Source of the DNA: Anthoceros angustus
Lineage: Eukaryota > Plantae > Anthocerotophyta
Reading direction: 5' to 3'
Length of the DNA: 64,000 bases
Assembly (NCBI GenBank): GCA_010909165.1
Contig: MU008186.1
Location: 620,001 to 684,000, forward strand
This document shows, one piece after another, positions 62,740-64,000 of the stretch. The notes under the pieces are model-generated. The model worked only from the letters and a program-made list of their open reading frames with translations. It did not search any database and was not told where the DNA came from. Both the position numbers and the translations under genes were made by a program. Position 1 is the first letter of the stretch; every line of letters starts with the position of its first letter.

Positions 62740-63400
62740 AACTAGGATGGGTGTATGGCCGCCAATGGGCCTACACCAATTTGGAATTGATTGAGGAGTG
62801 TTACATCAACCTCCATCAATCGGAAGCGCCTGCCGCACCGGAGAGGAATGCTAACGGATCCGCTGCTGTGGACACAAGTATTCGATGTGTGTATGGAAGA
62901 CCGGAGGAGGAGAGCTCGAATTGCTCTCTCGAAAGGTCGAATGGAGGGAAGAGGACATCTCCGACATCCCGCAGAGTTCCTTGACATGATGGATGGAGGA
63001 GTGAAAGCCCACGCCAAGAATGGTCGGAAGACCGAGAGCATCAAGGAGTCAAGTGGAGGCTCTTCGCAAAGATTGTGCTGGGGTTGGTAAATTACCAACG
63101 CACTTCTTATTTCAAAGACCAACTTCCTCCAATTTTGTGGAAGATTTCCATGGGAGCCAAGCCGGATTGGGGACTATCATGTATGAGGCCTACATCCACC
63201 ATCGAGAAGCTCCTCAAGCCAAATTCGTGGATGAGGAAGGCCAAGGCCTGCTACCTTAGCACCTATTTGGTGCATGGGAAACCGAGGGACTTCTCACAAG
63301 CAAGGAGCTTGAAGATGCATGGCATCCCTTTGAGGTCATCCACTCCACCGAGGTTGGAAAAGGCCTTTACCTTTGCATTGCGAAGACGGTGGGAGGTCGA
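62740..63400 (+). mobile_element. Degenerate plant-transposon accessory ORF
   Basis: WAYTNLELIEECYINL resembles the ..LVREFYAN.. motif of retroelement accessory proteins. Frameshifted, in a TE context. Confidence 0.3.
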
Positions 63401-64000
63401 CTCCACAAGCATGCTAGAAGCAAGAGGAGAAGATGCGAGGCAACAAGGTTGCCGAGTGGGAATCTTTCCCCACAGTGAGCAAGCAAGGGAGAGGAGCAAG
63501 AAGCGCCGAGGAAGGCCGAATGGTGGTCTATGAGAGAAGGACCACAGTGAGGGGTGATACCAGAGTGGGGAGTCCCCACCATCTCCTTTGTGCCTACGAG
63601 AGAGGCACCCGGCTGCACTACCTAGGGAGGCGCCCACCCAAGGGGTGGGCACCATGGTAGGCGCCACCATGGTAGGTAGGCGATCACAGGGGGAGCAGCC
63701 GGGTAGGGCACCCCACGCCAGCAGCCCCCACGCAGGGAAGGGGAGAAGAACGCGAGGCCGTGAAGGCCGAGGCCACCATCTCCGCTACTGGGTGGGAGAG
63801 CGGATGGAGCGACGGAAGGGACCAAGGCCAGCTGATGGCCCGAAAGGTGTGAGAGCTGGAAATTTCCAAAGAAGAAGTGAGGGGTGGAATTAGGACCCCT
63901 AGGAGAATTGCCGGAGCTTGTGAAGCACTCACCGTGGATTTGAAGGGGCTAGGGACCTAGCAGCCTCCTTGTGGGCATGCCAAGAGGAAGTGAAATCTCA

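Overview
Eukaryotic land-plant genomic DNA with short GT-AG introns and PPR debris. A seed-free plant such as a hornwort, lycophyte or fern is plausible, but the species cannot be determined from sequence alone. (1) 1-31.2 kb is a cytochrome P450 (CYP71-clan) cluster built from two distinct P450 types: type A on the minus strand with 5 exons, and type B on the plus strand with 4 exons. They are arranged as repeated convergent B->/<-A modules. About 11.9 kb (1-11860) recurs nearly identically 18,394 bp downstream. The junction produced a chimeric B gene with duplicated exons 3/4. Gene debris is interspersed: PPR, SPIRRIG BEACH/WD40, a CRE-like retroposon end and a ~750 bp pure-purine microsatellite. 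(2) 33.3-42.1 kb holds intact genes: a ~27-LRR receptor-like kinase lacking the catalytic Asp, two tandem SAUR genes and an 8-exon HVA22K-like gene. The promoter and first exon of the HVA22K-like gene form one arm of a foldback containing a palindromic dimeric satellite. (3) 44.5-64 kb is TE-rich: MITE-like elements, a P450 pseudogene, a Copia RNase H split by a TIR element with a 4-bp TSD, an AT-rich intronless GDSL lipase and a degenerate Gypsy element. Many frameshifts fall in homopolymers, which suggests long-read consensus errors, so pseudogene calls based only on single indels are uncertain.
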